This document shows positions 13,480 through 26,369 of a stretch of 64,000 nucleotides of DNA, in pieces. The stretch is from Camelus dromedarius. Lineage: Eukaryota. Where the stretch lies: assembly GCF_036321535.1 (NCBI RefSeq), contig NC_087472.1:93498001-93562000 (forward strand), in the 5' to 3' direction. The translations under genes and the position numbers were made by a program. Every line of letters begins with the position of its first letter. Position 1 is the stretch's first letter. The notes beneath the pieces were generated by a model. It made no database searches and had not been told where the DNA came from. It saw nothing but the letters and a program-made list of their open reading frames with translations.

Positions 13480-13960
13480 AGGCTTTAGAGACAGACTATC
13501 TGGGTTCAATTCCTGAGACTACATCCTGTCATCTTGGGTAAGTTTATTTATCCTCTTTTTATCTTACTTTCCTCATGTTTAAAATAGGAATAATGGTGGG
13601 TGAAATAGATGAAGGGAATTAAGAAGTATAAACTTCCAGTTATGAACTAAGTCATGGGGATGTATTGTACAAAATAGGCAGTATAGTCAATAATGTTGTA
13701 ATATTTTGTGTGGTAAACAGATGGCAACTAGACTCATAGTGGTGATCATTTTGTAATGTATATAAAAATATCAAATCACTATGTTGTATGCCTGAAACTA
13801 ATATAATATTGTAAATCAACTAGACATCAATAAATATATAAATAGATAAAATTTACCTCATAAGGAGTTTCTTACATAGCTTAAATAAATTAATGCTTGT
13901 AAAGTACATAGAACAGTGCTTCTCAAAGATTTATGCTCAATAAATGTGAGCTTTATTTAC
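13480..13960 (+). mobile_element. MIR split by an L1MA9-like 3' tail (about 13595-13850)
   Basis: MIR head (ctgggttcaattcctg...ttcctcatgtttaaaatagga) and tail (gtaaagtacatagaacagtg...gctcaataaatg) flank an L1 3' UTR. Confidence 0.75.
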
Positions 13961-15847
13961 TACAATTATTATGGTTTTATGTATGTTTATGCTTATGAAA
14001 AATTTAAAAACTTGTCTGGATTGGATACAAACCAACTGCAGTATAAGAGCTACTTTTAGGGGTAGAAATGGTAATGAGATGAAAGTAAAACTTTGGTTGT
14101 GCATATTTTATATCTTTAAAAAATAATAGACATAAAGCAAATATGGCAAGTATTCAGTAGAAAAATATTGATTTTAGTTATTCTTTATCTTGTTATGTGG
14201 ATATATGATTTACAAATTTAAATTTTATTTTTAAAAATCAAGTGAATATATTTTATCTTTGTCTTACATGTTTTATATTATGTATCTATTTAAAATTATT
14301 ATATAATGTTATATTTGTTTTAGAGGTACATTATTATGTAATTTAGACACAATACATTCTTTGATGAATTCATTGCATAATTAAGTCTCCACCCTTTTCT
14401 AGAAATAAACTTTTTACAGTGCATTCTCTTGATTTTCAATTACTTTATAACAGTACCCTAAACCTAATTTTACTTTTTATTAATGACTGAAGAAAATATT
14501 ATGAAATTGATTTATTTTGTTGTGCTAGAAATCGATAATATTCCCTGACATTATTAAATTTTTCAGAGTTTAAATTACTCTCTGAATGTTCCCAATTGTA
14601 ATGTTTTTTGACATAGTTGTTGATATCTGCTTTCTCTATTCCTGTCAGCTGTCACTCTTGGTGGGAGGCTTCTCTTATTTCTCTTTCATCCACACCTATA
14701 ATGCCCTCCTTATTATAGCAAGATATTAAGGTTGATAGAAAATAAACAGAGCAACAATCCTACTTAATATTTTCAACATCATTCTAAGCTAATGGCCCTA
14801 CTGTCCCTGCATATATCTTTCTTCCCTCCCCCACCCTGGAAAAGAGTTTCATAGGATTAGTTACACTTACTCTCTTTCCTCTTAGACATTGGTATCGATA
14901 ACCACCTTATTTGTGATCCTGATCAATATTATTAAAAAATTTTGCAAATCTAACTAAGCTACAGTGTACTACTTATTAAAATATATTTTAGTCTTTAATG
15001 TTCATTTTTCAGATACTTGGATTAGAAATCAAACCTTAAATAAATGATAATCTATTATTAGCCCATATATTATATGTTAATATATTAGTGATATCATTGT
15101 CCTTTTGATATAATTCACTCTTGTATAAACAGTATTTATGGAGTGTCTGATATAAGCTAGGCATTATTTAGGTACTGAATGTACAGAAATAATTGAGATA
15201 ATCCCTGAAATTCAGATATTTTCTATTTTGGATGTTAAGTATTATAAACTGCATTTATTTTAAACTGGTAATTACAGAAATTGGAAATTACAGTTATATT
15301 TATTGTTTCACTTAAAATGCTGAAATTGTTACTACTTATTAAAACTAAGGAAGTAAATTTTAGATAACATATTTTGATTAACTCAGAATACTGTAAAGAA
15401 AGGACTGTGTTAGAAAAATCTATTTAAGATCAAACTGCATAATCTATTGTCTTAGCTATGAAAACCTCTCCTTATGCACAAGTACTACAGAGAGGCAAGA
15501 TTTATAAATGTAACAGTTTATATGCAACCTTGTAAATCATGTTTGTAATAGGAAATATTATTTGTTTACTTACATTATTAAATATTTCTTTTAGAAATTT
15601 TAATTAATCACTTAGCACATAAAATAACCCACTGGCTTTGTATTGATTTGACCCACTGCTGTTTCTATCTAAATCTGTCTATTCTCTCTCCCCCCTCCCC
15701 CTCATATAACTCTTACTGCTAGTCAGAAAACCTCAATCCTGAGTCTCTTTGTTCCATTTGCAGACTTGCATGCAAATTATAAGTAAATAAAGCATGTAAC
15801 CAATAGATTTCTATTCAAAACTGATGTGAAGATTTGTTCTTCCACAC

Positions 15848-16211
15848 TGTCTTAGTCAGTTTGGTTTGCTATAACAAAAATACCATAAATTGGGTGTCTT
15901 AAAAAACATACATTTATTTCTTACATTCTTGGAGGATGGGAGTTTGGGATCAGGGTACCAGTAAGGTTGGGTTCTGGTGAGGATGCTCTTCTAGGTTGCA
16001 GATTCCTGACTTCTCCTTTTATTCTCATATGGTGGAAAGAAAGCTAGAGAGTTCACTCGGGTATCTTATGAGCACACTAATCCCATTCATGAGGGATGAC
16101 CATCCTCATGACCTAATTACCTCCCAAATGTCCCCCCACCTAATACCATTACATTGGGGGTTAGGATTTTGACATGAATTTTAGAGGGACACAAGCGTTC
16201 CGTTCATTGCA
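15848..16211 (-). mobile_element. MLT1A-like MaLR LTR
   Basis: tgtcttagtcagtttgg...taatcccattcatgaggg...ctcatgacctaattacctccca...cattgca; TSD cacac/catac. Confidence 0.85.
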
Positions 16212-16419
16212 CATACATAGTAGTGGGAGAAACAGATGCTTAAAGAATTTTATTATAACATAGTAAGTGCTATGATAAAGGGATTTAAATAGTCCTATAG
16301 ATTAACAAAAAAACTGTTTTTAGTCTGACCTCCAGGAGTTGTGGAAGTTTACCTGGAGGAAATGATTTTTGAGTTAACTCTCAAAAGTTGATAATTAGTC
16401 AGGAAAAAGATTACAGAAG

Positions 16420-17239
16420 TGTGGGTTCTGTTCGTCGTGGGTTTTGCCCAGCAAAAATCCCACCACGGAAGAACGAAATTACTCAAGACTTTATCAGGTC
16501 AGGAGAGTGAGAGGGAGCCAGAGACCGACTCCCCGAGTTCCTCCAAAGCTCTTGTATTAATTGAGAATAGTCAAACAAAGAGTCAAAGTGAAATAAGTCA
16601 TAGGAATGAGTAAAGGGCATGGTATATATGCAGGCATGCAGGTCAGCAGTTTCAGTTCGTGAAAAACAGAAACATTATAATCTTAATTTATACTTAGAGA
16701 GATTACAATATTGATAGTATAGACTTGTTATTTTAAACCTCAAATAATCATGAGCAAGGTTACAGTGTTCCGAATAATTGATAATGAAAACCCAGACCAC
16801 TGCAGGGTCTCTATACAATGGTCAGAAATCATCTAAGCATGCGAAGCAGCCCAGATGTTCCCAGCTAAGGGCTAAGTCACAGTTTTCTGTGAGCAAGAGC
16901 AGCCTACACTATCCACCTACGCCTGGTAAGTGAAGCATGTCTCTGCTTTTTACGTCAAGGAGACAGTTTGTAGCAGATTCCTGCTAGCAAAGCAGCTTTA
17001 AGGCAACTAAGCTAAGTTCCATAGATAGTGGTGACTGGTATTGAGAGTTTAGTCTTTTGTGCTTTTGGACATTTTGCTTTGAAGTAGCAGTATAATGACA
17101 AATATAGAAAACATGGATTTTGATTATACACTTCTAATGTGCTTACATAAAGGTGAGAGTACATAAAGGTGAGAATATGATTTGGTAATAGCAATTATTA
17201 CAATATCAAAGTTTGTTAACCCTAGTTTGTGCTCCCACA
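16420..17239 (-). mobile_element. Young solo LTR, 820 bp, ERV2/betaretrovirus-like
   Basis: Ends TGTGGG...CCCACA with perfect 6-bp TSD CAGAAG (16414-16419, 17240-17245). TATA-like motif near 16625 and AATACA near 16554 on the minus strand suggest the orientation. Confidence 0.8.
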
Positions 17240-17739
17240 CAGAAGAGTTTGCAAAAAGAAGAAACTTGGAAGAAATGAGAGAGGTATATAGCTTCAGGCT
17301 ATAAAGGTCTAAAAACAGGTCAATATTTATTTCTGTTGTGCAAAGTGAGTTTTGAGAAGTAGTGAGAAACAAAGCTGGAGAGGAAAATGAAAGGTGTCAG
17401 GTTACCTAAAACTTTTGACATCATGGAAGATAGTTTACTTTCATATCAATGAAGAAGAACCATTGGAGGCTTTTAAGTATAATAGTGGAAAGGTTAGTTT
17501 GAAGTCTGTGTAAATCATTTAGAAAGTGGATTTGAAAATGGATTTGAAAAATACCATGCTAGGAGAAGAGATCATTTTGAGGGCTAAATGCAAGCCAGAG
17601 TTGATGAGGACTTGACTAGAACAATAGTATTAGAAGGTGAAAAGGTGGATTCCAGAAATATTAGGGCAATGATATTGATATAACTTGGTGATTAGTAAGG
17701 AGTACAAGAGACAGAATAGTTGTATACAGAATAGTTGTA

Positions 17740-18260
17740 CAGAGTAGTTCAGTACCATGCAGCAAATTACTCCAAAATTTAGCAGCTAGAAACAACAATA
17801 AACATTTACTATTTCATACAGTTTCTGTGGGCCGGGGTCTAGAGCAGCTTTACTTTCATGGTTCTGGCTTGGGTTTTCTCATGTGCTTGCAATCATGATG
17901 TCAGATAGTGCTGCATATCAGCTAGCCTGACTGGGGTTGGGGGATCTGCTTCCAATATAGCTCACTCACATGGCTATTGGCAGGAAGCCTGTTTCTTGAT
18001 GGTTCTGGCAGGAGGACTAATTTCCTTGCCAGTGAAAATCTCCATAGGGTTACTTGAGTATCTTCATGAAATGGCAGCTAGCTTTCCTTACAACCAGTTA
18101 TCCAAGAAAAAAGAAAAGATATAAGCCACAAACCTTTCTGTGTTTGAAGTCAAATACAGTCATTTGTGCAATATCCTATTGGTTGTTTAGGTGCAATATG
18201 TCTATATATGTGTGTGAATAGCATGAGACAAGACTCATTGCAGATATGGTGGTCAATAAT
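17740..18260 (-). mobile_element. MLT1F/G-like MaLR LTR
   Basis: caaattactccaaaatttagcagc...gcctgactggggttgggggatctgcttccaa...ctcactcacatggct. Confidence 0.7.
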
Positions 18261-18885
18261 GGATTCCACTTTTTTGTCTTCAGTGTTTAGTTAACTAACA
18301 GTGACATCTACAAGATAAGCCATAGAAGAGGAGCTGAGTTATTTATTGTGGTTGATTGGTTGGTTGGTTTAGTGTGTATGTTTCTAGAAAGTTAGAAGGT
18401 AATAAGTTCAATTTTGAAAATTATCAGCAAGTGCTAGATAATATGCTTCTGAAGTACATTAATACATTTAGTGATGGAGAAACAGATTTGAAAACCATCA
18501 GCATTTAAATGGTAATTTAAATCTTAAGATTAGGAAAGTTCATCCAAGTAGAGCATAAAAATGAGATGAAAGGAAACAACAGTGTTTTTAAAAAATGAGC
18601 AAAGGAGTAGAAGGTCATGAAAGAGATTAAGCAAAATGATCAGACAGGTAGAAATAATTAAGATTACCACTGTAGAAATAAAGGAAATAAATAGTTTAAA
18701 AAAGTGAATAGTCAGCATTGTCAAACAAAGCAGAAGTATCCAGTGAGCTAAAATATGTTCATTGGATTTAGCAATATTTATGCCACTAATGATGTTGCCA
18801 GAGCTATTTCAAGTGTGGGAGCATGGAAGCAGAAAATGTATAACAGAGGGTTAGGTACAGGTAAATTAAATAACTATGCTTAATT

Positions 18886-19350
18886 ATGTACAAGTTATGA
18901 TCCATTCTGGAGACAGAAACCCTTCAGAATTTTTAAGACAGAGAGAATTTAATATTCAGAATGATTACAGAGGTGATGGAGTTGCTGAAAAACCTAACAG
19001 GAGATGATGAGGCAATCTCAAAAACTGCTGCAACACTTTTGCTGAAAGGACAAAGGGCGGAGGTGGGGTTACTGAAGCCCAGAAACCAGGGGCTCCTGGA
19101 GGAAGTTGAAATCAATTCTTGTGAGAACTGGAGCCACAGAGGAGAAGCAGCTGATGCCCAAAATGCCCCATTGGCAGACAGAGAGAGTGAGAAATACCCT
19201 TTATTCTCTCTCTTCTGACAGTGGCTCCCATTGGCAGACTGCAGATGAAGACAGCTGACCCAGGAGTCTAAGAGAAATATTTTTCCTGGTGTCATCCCCA
19301 ATGATACAAAATGGAAAAAAAAGAAGAATATATTTGAGAACAAACAAAGG
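18886..19350 (-). mobile_element. Old ERVL-type LTR (LTR33/41-like)
   Basis: ggagacagaaacc...gagagaatttaata...ctcccattggcagac...cagctgacccaggag pattern. Confidence 0.45.
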
Positions 19351-19835
19351 AACAGCTGACACTTTTTTTTTAACTTGTCAACCTCTTAAAGACAAACCAA
19401 ATTAGAAACCCCACATGAAAAACTTTGTAGAACTTTAATGCAAAATGAAAAATGAACTTCACTTAAAATGTTTCAAAGACTGAAGAGCTTTTATCTCAGC
19501 ACTTATAATGTAGAAAGATTTAGTCTGATCTGAAATAACTGAGCTTGACATTATCTCTCATAATACAGGAAATCATCAAGAATTGCCTGCACAGAATACA
19601 CTCATGAAAGGTTTAGAATTCATTTTATTTCTAATTAAATATTTCCTTTTTTGATTCAGTGAATTTTTCATTTTTTTAAGATATGGAGTAGTAATAAAAT
19701 GAGATGCACTTAAAAATTCAACCAGAGCCATAAGACAGAACAGCAGGTAAAATATAATTTTATATTATTATAGATACTTGTCCATCGAAATGTTAAATAT
19801 TATCAATCTAGTAAAATATACAGCAGTATACAATA

Positions 19836-20502
19836 GCGGTGGGCATTGCTGAAGTTCTCACAACATCCAGTCCCCTCTTTTGAATTTTAACAGAATCTTT
19901 TTTTGTTTTTTTGTTTGTTTGTTTTGGGAGGGAGGTAATTAGGTTTGTTTGTTTGTTTGTTTGTTTGTTTTTAATGGAGGTTTGAACTCAGGACCTCCTG
20001 CATGCTAAGCATGCACTCTAAACCTGAGCTATACTCTCCCCACCAGAATCTTGATGTAGGTGAAACATTCAGTACTCTCATTCCATGTGCCTCAGAGGAA
20101 TCTGACCCTGCAAATCTCATTGGTGTGAGTCTGATTGGCATAAGCTGATTAGCACATACTACCTCCTAGAAATTGGACAGAAGTGGACAAATGACATAAA
20201 TGGGTAACGGGGGTTGCCAGATAAAAAGATCTCCTGTAGTACTGGAACACTTTCTTATCCTCTGCTGTTGTGGAGCCCATAACTGTTATTAACTACCTTG
20301 CTACCAGACTAAAGAAGGAGAAAGGAATTGACTAGTGTCAAGATTTTTTCAAGAAAATGAAGCAAAAATTATTGGCATAAATCACACCTGAAGCCTGACT
20401 TACAATTTCACTGCCAGTTATATGGGCAAATAAAATTCTTTATTATTTAGGTCAGTTTAAGTTGTGTTTTCTTTCACTGGCTCCCAGAAACATCTTAAAT
20501 CA
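19836..20502 (+). mobile_element. MLT1K/L-like MaLR LTR interrupted by the SINE
   Basis: 3' end cagttatatgggcaaataaaattctttattatttaggtcagtttaagttgtgttttc...cagaaacatcttaa. Confidence 0.6.
19900..20043 (-). mobile_element. tRNA-derived SINE, Vic-1 (camelid) type
   Basis: Minus strand gggagagtatagctcagg...agagtgcatgcttagcatgcaggaggtcctgagttcaa...cctccattaaaaa(caaa)n cctaattacctccc, A tail, TSD cagaatctt (19891-19899, 20044-20052). Confidence 0.85.
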
Positions 20503-21421
20503 ATTTATAAAGTGTTGGTTGTGTTTATATAAATACACATATATACATATATATTAGTTCCTAACCTTACTATATTTATACTTTATTCTTATATATATTC
20601 TATTCATGTATATTCATATATATGTAATTTTTAACATTTCAAATACTTATAAATATTTTTAAGTCCCCATATAATGATCTATATAGTATATCTGTTCATC
20701 ACATCAGGTAATAATTATATCTGACATATTAATTTTTTGAAATTAATAATTTTAACTCAATAAAAGTATTTGCATTCTTTCATTTCATATTTTAATATCT
20801 AAAATCAAATATGTCTTTACACTTGAATTGACCCCTTCTCCCTCTTTATCAGTTGTCCTAACCATATACAAATGAGTCAACTTCTGCTTGCAGAACCATT
20901 AACAAAATAAAATTTTAATAAATTTTAGAATGTAACTTAAAATTCCATTAGTATGATAGATACTAGAGAAGAAGTTCTCAACTCTCTTGGAATCACTGAC
21001 TCTTTTTAAAAATAAAATGAAAGGCACTGAATCCCTCCCATGGAGGAACACTATGCAGTGCATCAATACATACAAAAACTTGCACATACTCTACTGATTT
21101 CTCAAAGTGAGTGGTATCAGTCTCTGCAATAGGGTATCATTTATGCAATAGCAAGATACAGTTAAAGAAAAAAAACCACCAGTGTTAATGCATATGGTTT
21201 ACACAATTTTACATAGGTCTAACAGATATCCCTATTCTTGAGGGAGAATCTATTTTCAAGTGCTTGATTTGAAAAATGTGATATACACATAAAATGGTAT
21301 ATATATTATTTGGCTTTAAAAAAGAAGGAATTCCTGCCATTTATGATAACATGGATAGATCTGGAAGACATTATGCTAAGTGAAATAAGTCAGACATAGA
21401 AGGAGAAATACTACATATCAG

Positions 21422-22584
21422 TCCGTTACACCATACACAAAAATAAAATCAAAATGGATCAAAGACTTAAATATAAGACAAGATACAATAAACCTCCTAG
21501 AAGAAAATATAGGCAAAACATTATCTGACATACATCTAAAAGATGTTCTCCTAGGGCAGTCTACCCAAGCAATAGCAAATAAAAGCAAGAATAAACAAAT
21601 GGGACCTAATGAAACTTACAAGCTTCTGCACAGCAAAGGAAACCAGAAGTAAAACAAAATGACAACCTACAGAATGGGAGAAAATTTTTGCAAATGAAAC
21701 CGACAAAGGCTTGATCTCCAGAATATATAAGCAGCTCATACAACTTAATAAGAAGAAAACAAACAACCCAATCCAAAAGTGGGCAGAAGACCTAAACAAG
21801 CAATTCTCCAAGGAAGACATACAAATGGTCAATAGGCACATGAAAAAATGGTCAATGTCACTAATTATCAGAGAAATGCAAATCAAATCAAAGGAATCTT
21901 TGGAGATTCCTCAAAAGACTAGGAATAGGCTTACCATATGACCCAGGAATCCCACTCCTGGGCATATATCCAGAAGGAACCCTACTTCAGAATGACATCT
22001 GCACCCCAATGTTCATAGCAGCACTATTTACAATAGCCAAGACATGGGGACAGCCTAAATGTCCATCAACAGATGACTGGATAAAGAAGAGGTGGTATAT
22101 TTATACAATTGAATACTATTCAGCCATAGAAACCGACAACATAATGCCATTTGTAGCAACATGGATGCTCCTGGAGAATGTCATTCTAAGTGAAGTAAGC
22201 CAGAAAGAGAAAGAAAAATACCATATGAGATCACTCATATGTGGAATCTAAAAACAAACAAACAAAAAAACATAAATACAAAACAGAAATAGACTCATAG
22301 ACATAGAATACAAACTTGTGGTTGCCAAGGGAGTTGGGGGTGGGAAGGGACAGACTGGGATTTCAAAATGTAGAATAGATAAACAAGATTATACTGTATA
22401 GCACAGGGAAATATGTTCAAGATCTTATGGTAGCTCATAGCGAAAAAAAATGTGACAATGAATATATGTATGTTCATGTATAACTGAAAAATTGTGCTCT
22501 ACACTGGAATTTGATACAACATTGTAAAATGACTATAACTCAATAAAAAAAAAGTTCAATAAAAAGATTCTACTCAAAAAAAAA
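21422..22584 (+). mobile_element. Young lineage-specific L1, 5'-truncated, with internal deletion
   Basis: Open ORF2 pieces ([55 protein letters not shown]), 3' UTR and A tail. Confidence 0.92.
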
Positions 22585-23081
22585 CACAACAGAACAGCTC
22601 AGATAATCCATGCAACACTCCTTTGAGGAATATTGACATGCACTAAAACAAGAAAAGGTTTAAACTGATTTGTAAGGCATGGACGATTTATCAAAGCAAC
22701 GAATAAAATAGAGAATTGACATTAGGAGGTCTAGATATTTGCATATATTAGAAAATATTTTTATAAAGGAGAATTAAAAGGTATATTAGATACTTCAAAT
22801 ATCTCAATCAAGTATTTGTGCTTTTGAAAAGATCATTTTCTGTTGTATTAATACAACATTTAGGGATAGAAAAGTAATTTTGTTTTTCATCTCTTTTGCC
22901 TTATCTTCTTTAGTTTTCAAAGCTATAAAATAAGGTCATGTGCATGTCAAATAGTACCACATATATAAATATTCATATTCTAATAATATTGAACCTGAGA
23001 AAACACTATATATGCTATGTATAGCAATATAACAAATATGTATTTATATCCTTCAAAACTGTATTTCCTAACAGTATGAAT

Positions 23082-23753
23082 ATTCCTTAAAAAAGTAAAA
23101 ATAGGCTTAACATATGATCCAGCAATCCCACTCTTGGGCATGTATCTAGAGGGAACCCTAATTCAAAAAGACACATGCACCCCAGTGTTCACAGCAGCAC
23201 TATTTACAATAGCCAAGACAAGGAAGTAACCTAAATGTCCATCAACAGATGACTGGATAAAGAAGTTATGATGGAATACTACTCAGCCACAAAAAATAAT
23301 AAAATAACACCATTTGCAGCAACTTGGGTGGCCCTGGAGATTGTCATTCTAAGTGAAGTAAGCCAGAAAGAGAAAGAAAAATACCATATATCACTTACAT
23401 GTGGAATCTAAAAAAACAGACACAAATGAACTTACGTACAAAACAGAAACAGACTTATAGACATAGAAAACAAACTCATGGTTACCAGGGGGGAAAGGGG
23501 GTGGGAAGGGATAAACTGGCAGTTTGAGATTTATAGATACTAACTGTTATATATAAAATAGATAAAGAACAAGTTTATATTGTATAGCACAGGGAACTAT
23601 ATTCAATACCTTGTAGTAGCCTATAATGAAAAAGAATATGAAAGTGAATATATGTATGTATATTTATGACTATTATGCTATACACCAGAAATTGACACAA
23701 CATTGTAAACTATTCTTCAATAAAAAACAAAAAAAAAAAAACAAAAATAAAAA
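23082..23753 (+). mobile_element. L1 3' end, related but distinct subfamily
   Basis: catatgatccagcaatcccactcttgggc...ORF2 end, 3' UTR, AATAAA and long A tail at 23719-23755. Confidence 0.9.
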
Positions 23754-24817
23754 AAGGACAAATACTGCATGATACTACTTATATGAGGAATCTAAAATAG
23801 TCAAACTAACATAAGCAGAGAGAAGCATGGTGGTTGCCAGGGCCATGGGAGAGGGGGAATCTGGGAGGTATTAGTCAAAGAGTACAACATTTTGTTTATA
23901 AGATAAATAAGACCTAGAGATCTACTGTACAGTGTGGATAACAATACTGTATTGTATACTTATAAATTTGCTAAGAGGATAAATCATTGTTTTCTGATAA
24001 AACATACTTAACATAATTATTACAAATAAAAGTTGTAGGAAACTTTTAGATATGATGGATACATTTATGGTATAAATCATGGTGATGGTTTCATGAATGT
24101 GTACTTATCTTAACTCAACAAGTTGTATACATTCAATATATACAGTTTTTTATGTCAGTCATACCGCAATAAAGTGCTTTTAAAAATTCCAGTTCTTGGT
24201 TTAAACCATTGGCTTGGAGAAATGAAATATTGGATCAGAAATGAGTATAAGCTCATTTAGTCTACTGTCCTTGATCATATGACTTAAATGTGTTTTGTTA
24301 CTGGTCTTAATACTGGATTTATTTTATTTTTGTATATTTGAGGTTTGAACTTTTCAAAGAAATTTATCTTGTATTTTAATGTGTGATTTATGTAAAAGAA
24401 TGTGAACTTAAATACCCAGAGGGAGTGGAGTATTAATTTGTATTCATCATACCTACAGTAAATAGTTTGAGTTACTTTTGGCAATATGGTATCACATATT
24501 TGATAAACCAGCATGTGGTATTCAACTGCCTCTTTAAAGGGGATGGAAAGGGAGAATTTTAGCTATTCCTGGGAAGAGCTGTATGAATAAAGATGTCAAT
24601 ACTTTTCAGCACATAGAAACATTTGAAGGTGAATATGTGCTTTAAAGAGGAACATATCAATTTTGCTGTACATATTAAATTCCTATAGTATTCTTTACTT
24701 GTTTATAATATACTAAAATATATGCATCATATGGTCCATTCAAGAATAGAGCAAGATTGTCTCTAACTTTTAACAAAATCCAAGTCATGAAGAGAAATCT
24801 AAAAGCATGAATTTTCT

Positions 24818-25096
24818 TTTTTCTTTTTTGTATATATATATATTTTTTTTTACATGAACATACATATATTCGTTTTCATATTCTTTTTCACCATAGGGTT
24901 ACTACATGATACTGAATATAGTTCCCTGTGCTATACAGTATGAATTTGTTGTTTATCTGTTTTTTATATATATATATTAATTATTATCTGTAAATCTTGA
25001 ACTCCCAATTTATCCCTTCCCACCCCCTTTCCCTCAAGTAACCATAAAAAAATATGGAACACTTCACGAATTTGCATGTCATCCTTGCACAGGGGT
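24818..25096 (-). mobile_element. U6/L1 chimeric retrotransposon insertion
   Basis: U6 fragment + L1 3' UTR (24852-25045) + A-rich tail, flanked by 16-bp TSD aaagcatgaattttct (24802-24817, 25097-25112). Confidence 0.92.
25046..25095 (-). pseudogene. RNU6: U6 snRNA retrocopy, 3' part only (about U6 nt 60-106), fused to L1
   Basis: Minus strand CCCCTGtGCAAGGATGACAtGCAAATTCGTGAAGtGTTCCATATTTTTTT matches the U6 3' end with three CpG>TpG changes. Confidence 0.95.
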
Positions 25097-26369
25097 AAAG
25101 CATGAATTTTCTACATGTCCATGTTATGTGAAAAAATGGATTCTTCCTTATAAAAAGGGGTTAAATGTCAGATGAAAGTTTAAATCAGTAATTTTATTTT
25201 AGGAGAAATCACTGTGGAATGCTTAGAAGATATGTTTTGAAAGAGCTTAGTAAATGCTTCCATGGGCCTCCATTTTTAAAGGCTATTTTTTATAGAGTTG
25301 AGCTATTGATACTATTTTACCAACTGATACTTCTATGCAGGAAATATTTCAAATGGGAAATTATATCTTGAGAATATAGATAGCTAAAAAAAAAGAATAT
25401 GCAATCCTCTTTTCACAATAATCACAACTTGGCCTTTGATCTGACTTGAGGCTCTTTATCCTTCTCTACAACACATTGGGAGGAGGTTTATTTTGCTGGA
25501 ATTAAGTAGGGCAAGATGCCATGTGATAGTAATAACTACTTCTATTTCTCCTAATGTGAAGTTTTAAGGTACCTGTTTGGTAAAGGCAGGTGTGTAATAC
25601 ATTTTCTGGATTTTATCTCCATTTTTTTTTCTGCCAGTTAGTATATTATTTTTTTCTTTAAAAGCTCTAAAAGTTTCATGTCAATGAACAGGTACAGAAT
25701 ATTTTACAGAAAAATTTCAAAGAGATATTTTTTGTAAAGATGCACCCCTAGTGATGAAGTGTTTGTGCCGGGAATGATAAGGGTAGTTTCCCTATTGTTC
25801 ACACAGCAGGCTGTCATCTTTTTCTTCTTAATAGGAAAAGGTCTTATCCTCAGCAATGCTGCATGAGTTTTTCAGTTACTTGGCAACAATAATGAAAAAA
25901 AAAAAGACACAAGCTGTAAAGGACCCATCGCCAACATCATGACAAATAGTAGTTCCTCAGCTGGTTTTAATGGCCATATGGAGATATTACATTTCTTGCT
26001 TTCAAGAATTAAACCCAATACATGTGATCAGGTTGAGCCCTGTATGTGTAGCAATCTAAAACATTTTTACTGTTGTATGTGAATTAGAACATGGGAAAAG
26101 GTGAATAAATATTAGACATTCACCTGAATAAATAAAGCATTCTTGGAATGCACAGACACAGATTTTTCTAATTTAAATATCAGGATGCATATTTTTGGCA
26201 CATCCTTGTGATTGTGGCCAGCTGATAATATGAGGCCATCTACTGCATATGTGATGACGTCTGTTGGTAAATAATTAATAAATAGAAATAAACACTTGAT
26301 TTAAAAGTGTTGCCATTAATAAATGAATAGTTAAAATCAATCAGGATGTAGAGGAAATTCAACCTGAGA

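Larger units (their letters stand above)
15120..18860 (-). mobile_element. Fragmented L2 interrupted by LTRs
   Basis: L2-like pieces at about 15120-15210, 16220-16415, 17250-17720 and 18260-18860; highly diverged. Confidence 0.5.
21270..24185 (+). mobile_element. Older L1MA 3' end (21270-21416 and 23754-24185) split by a younger composite insertion
   Basis: ...gctaagtgaaataagtcagacatagaaggagaaatactacat resumes as aaggacaaatactgcatgatactacttatatgaggaatctaaaatagtcaaac. Confidence 0.75.

Noticed and set aside
17012..17372. Possible LTR-encoded ORF (MMTV sag-like idea)
   Set aside because: Short AT-rich ORFs, one crossing the LTR boundary, with no recognisable similarity.
10794..22251. ORFs with RT or ORF2-like peptides (10794, 11263, 21711, 22009)
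   Set aside because: Fragments of truncated L1 copies, not functional genes.
25790..26270. Repeat-free stretch with an RFX-like palindrome gttacttggcaac near 25876-25888
   Set aside because: A single motif without conservation data cannot support an enhancer call.
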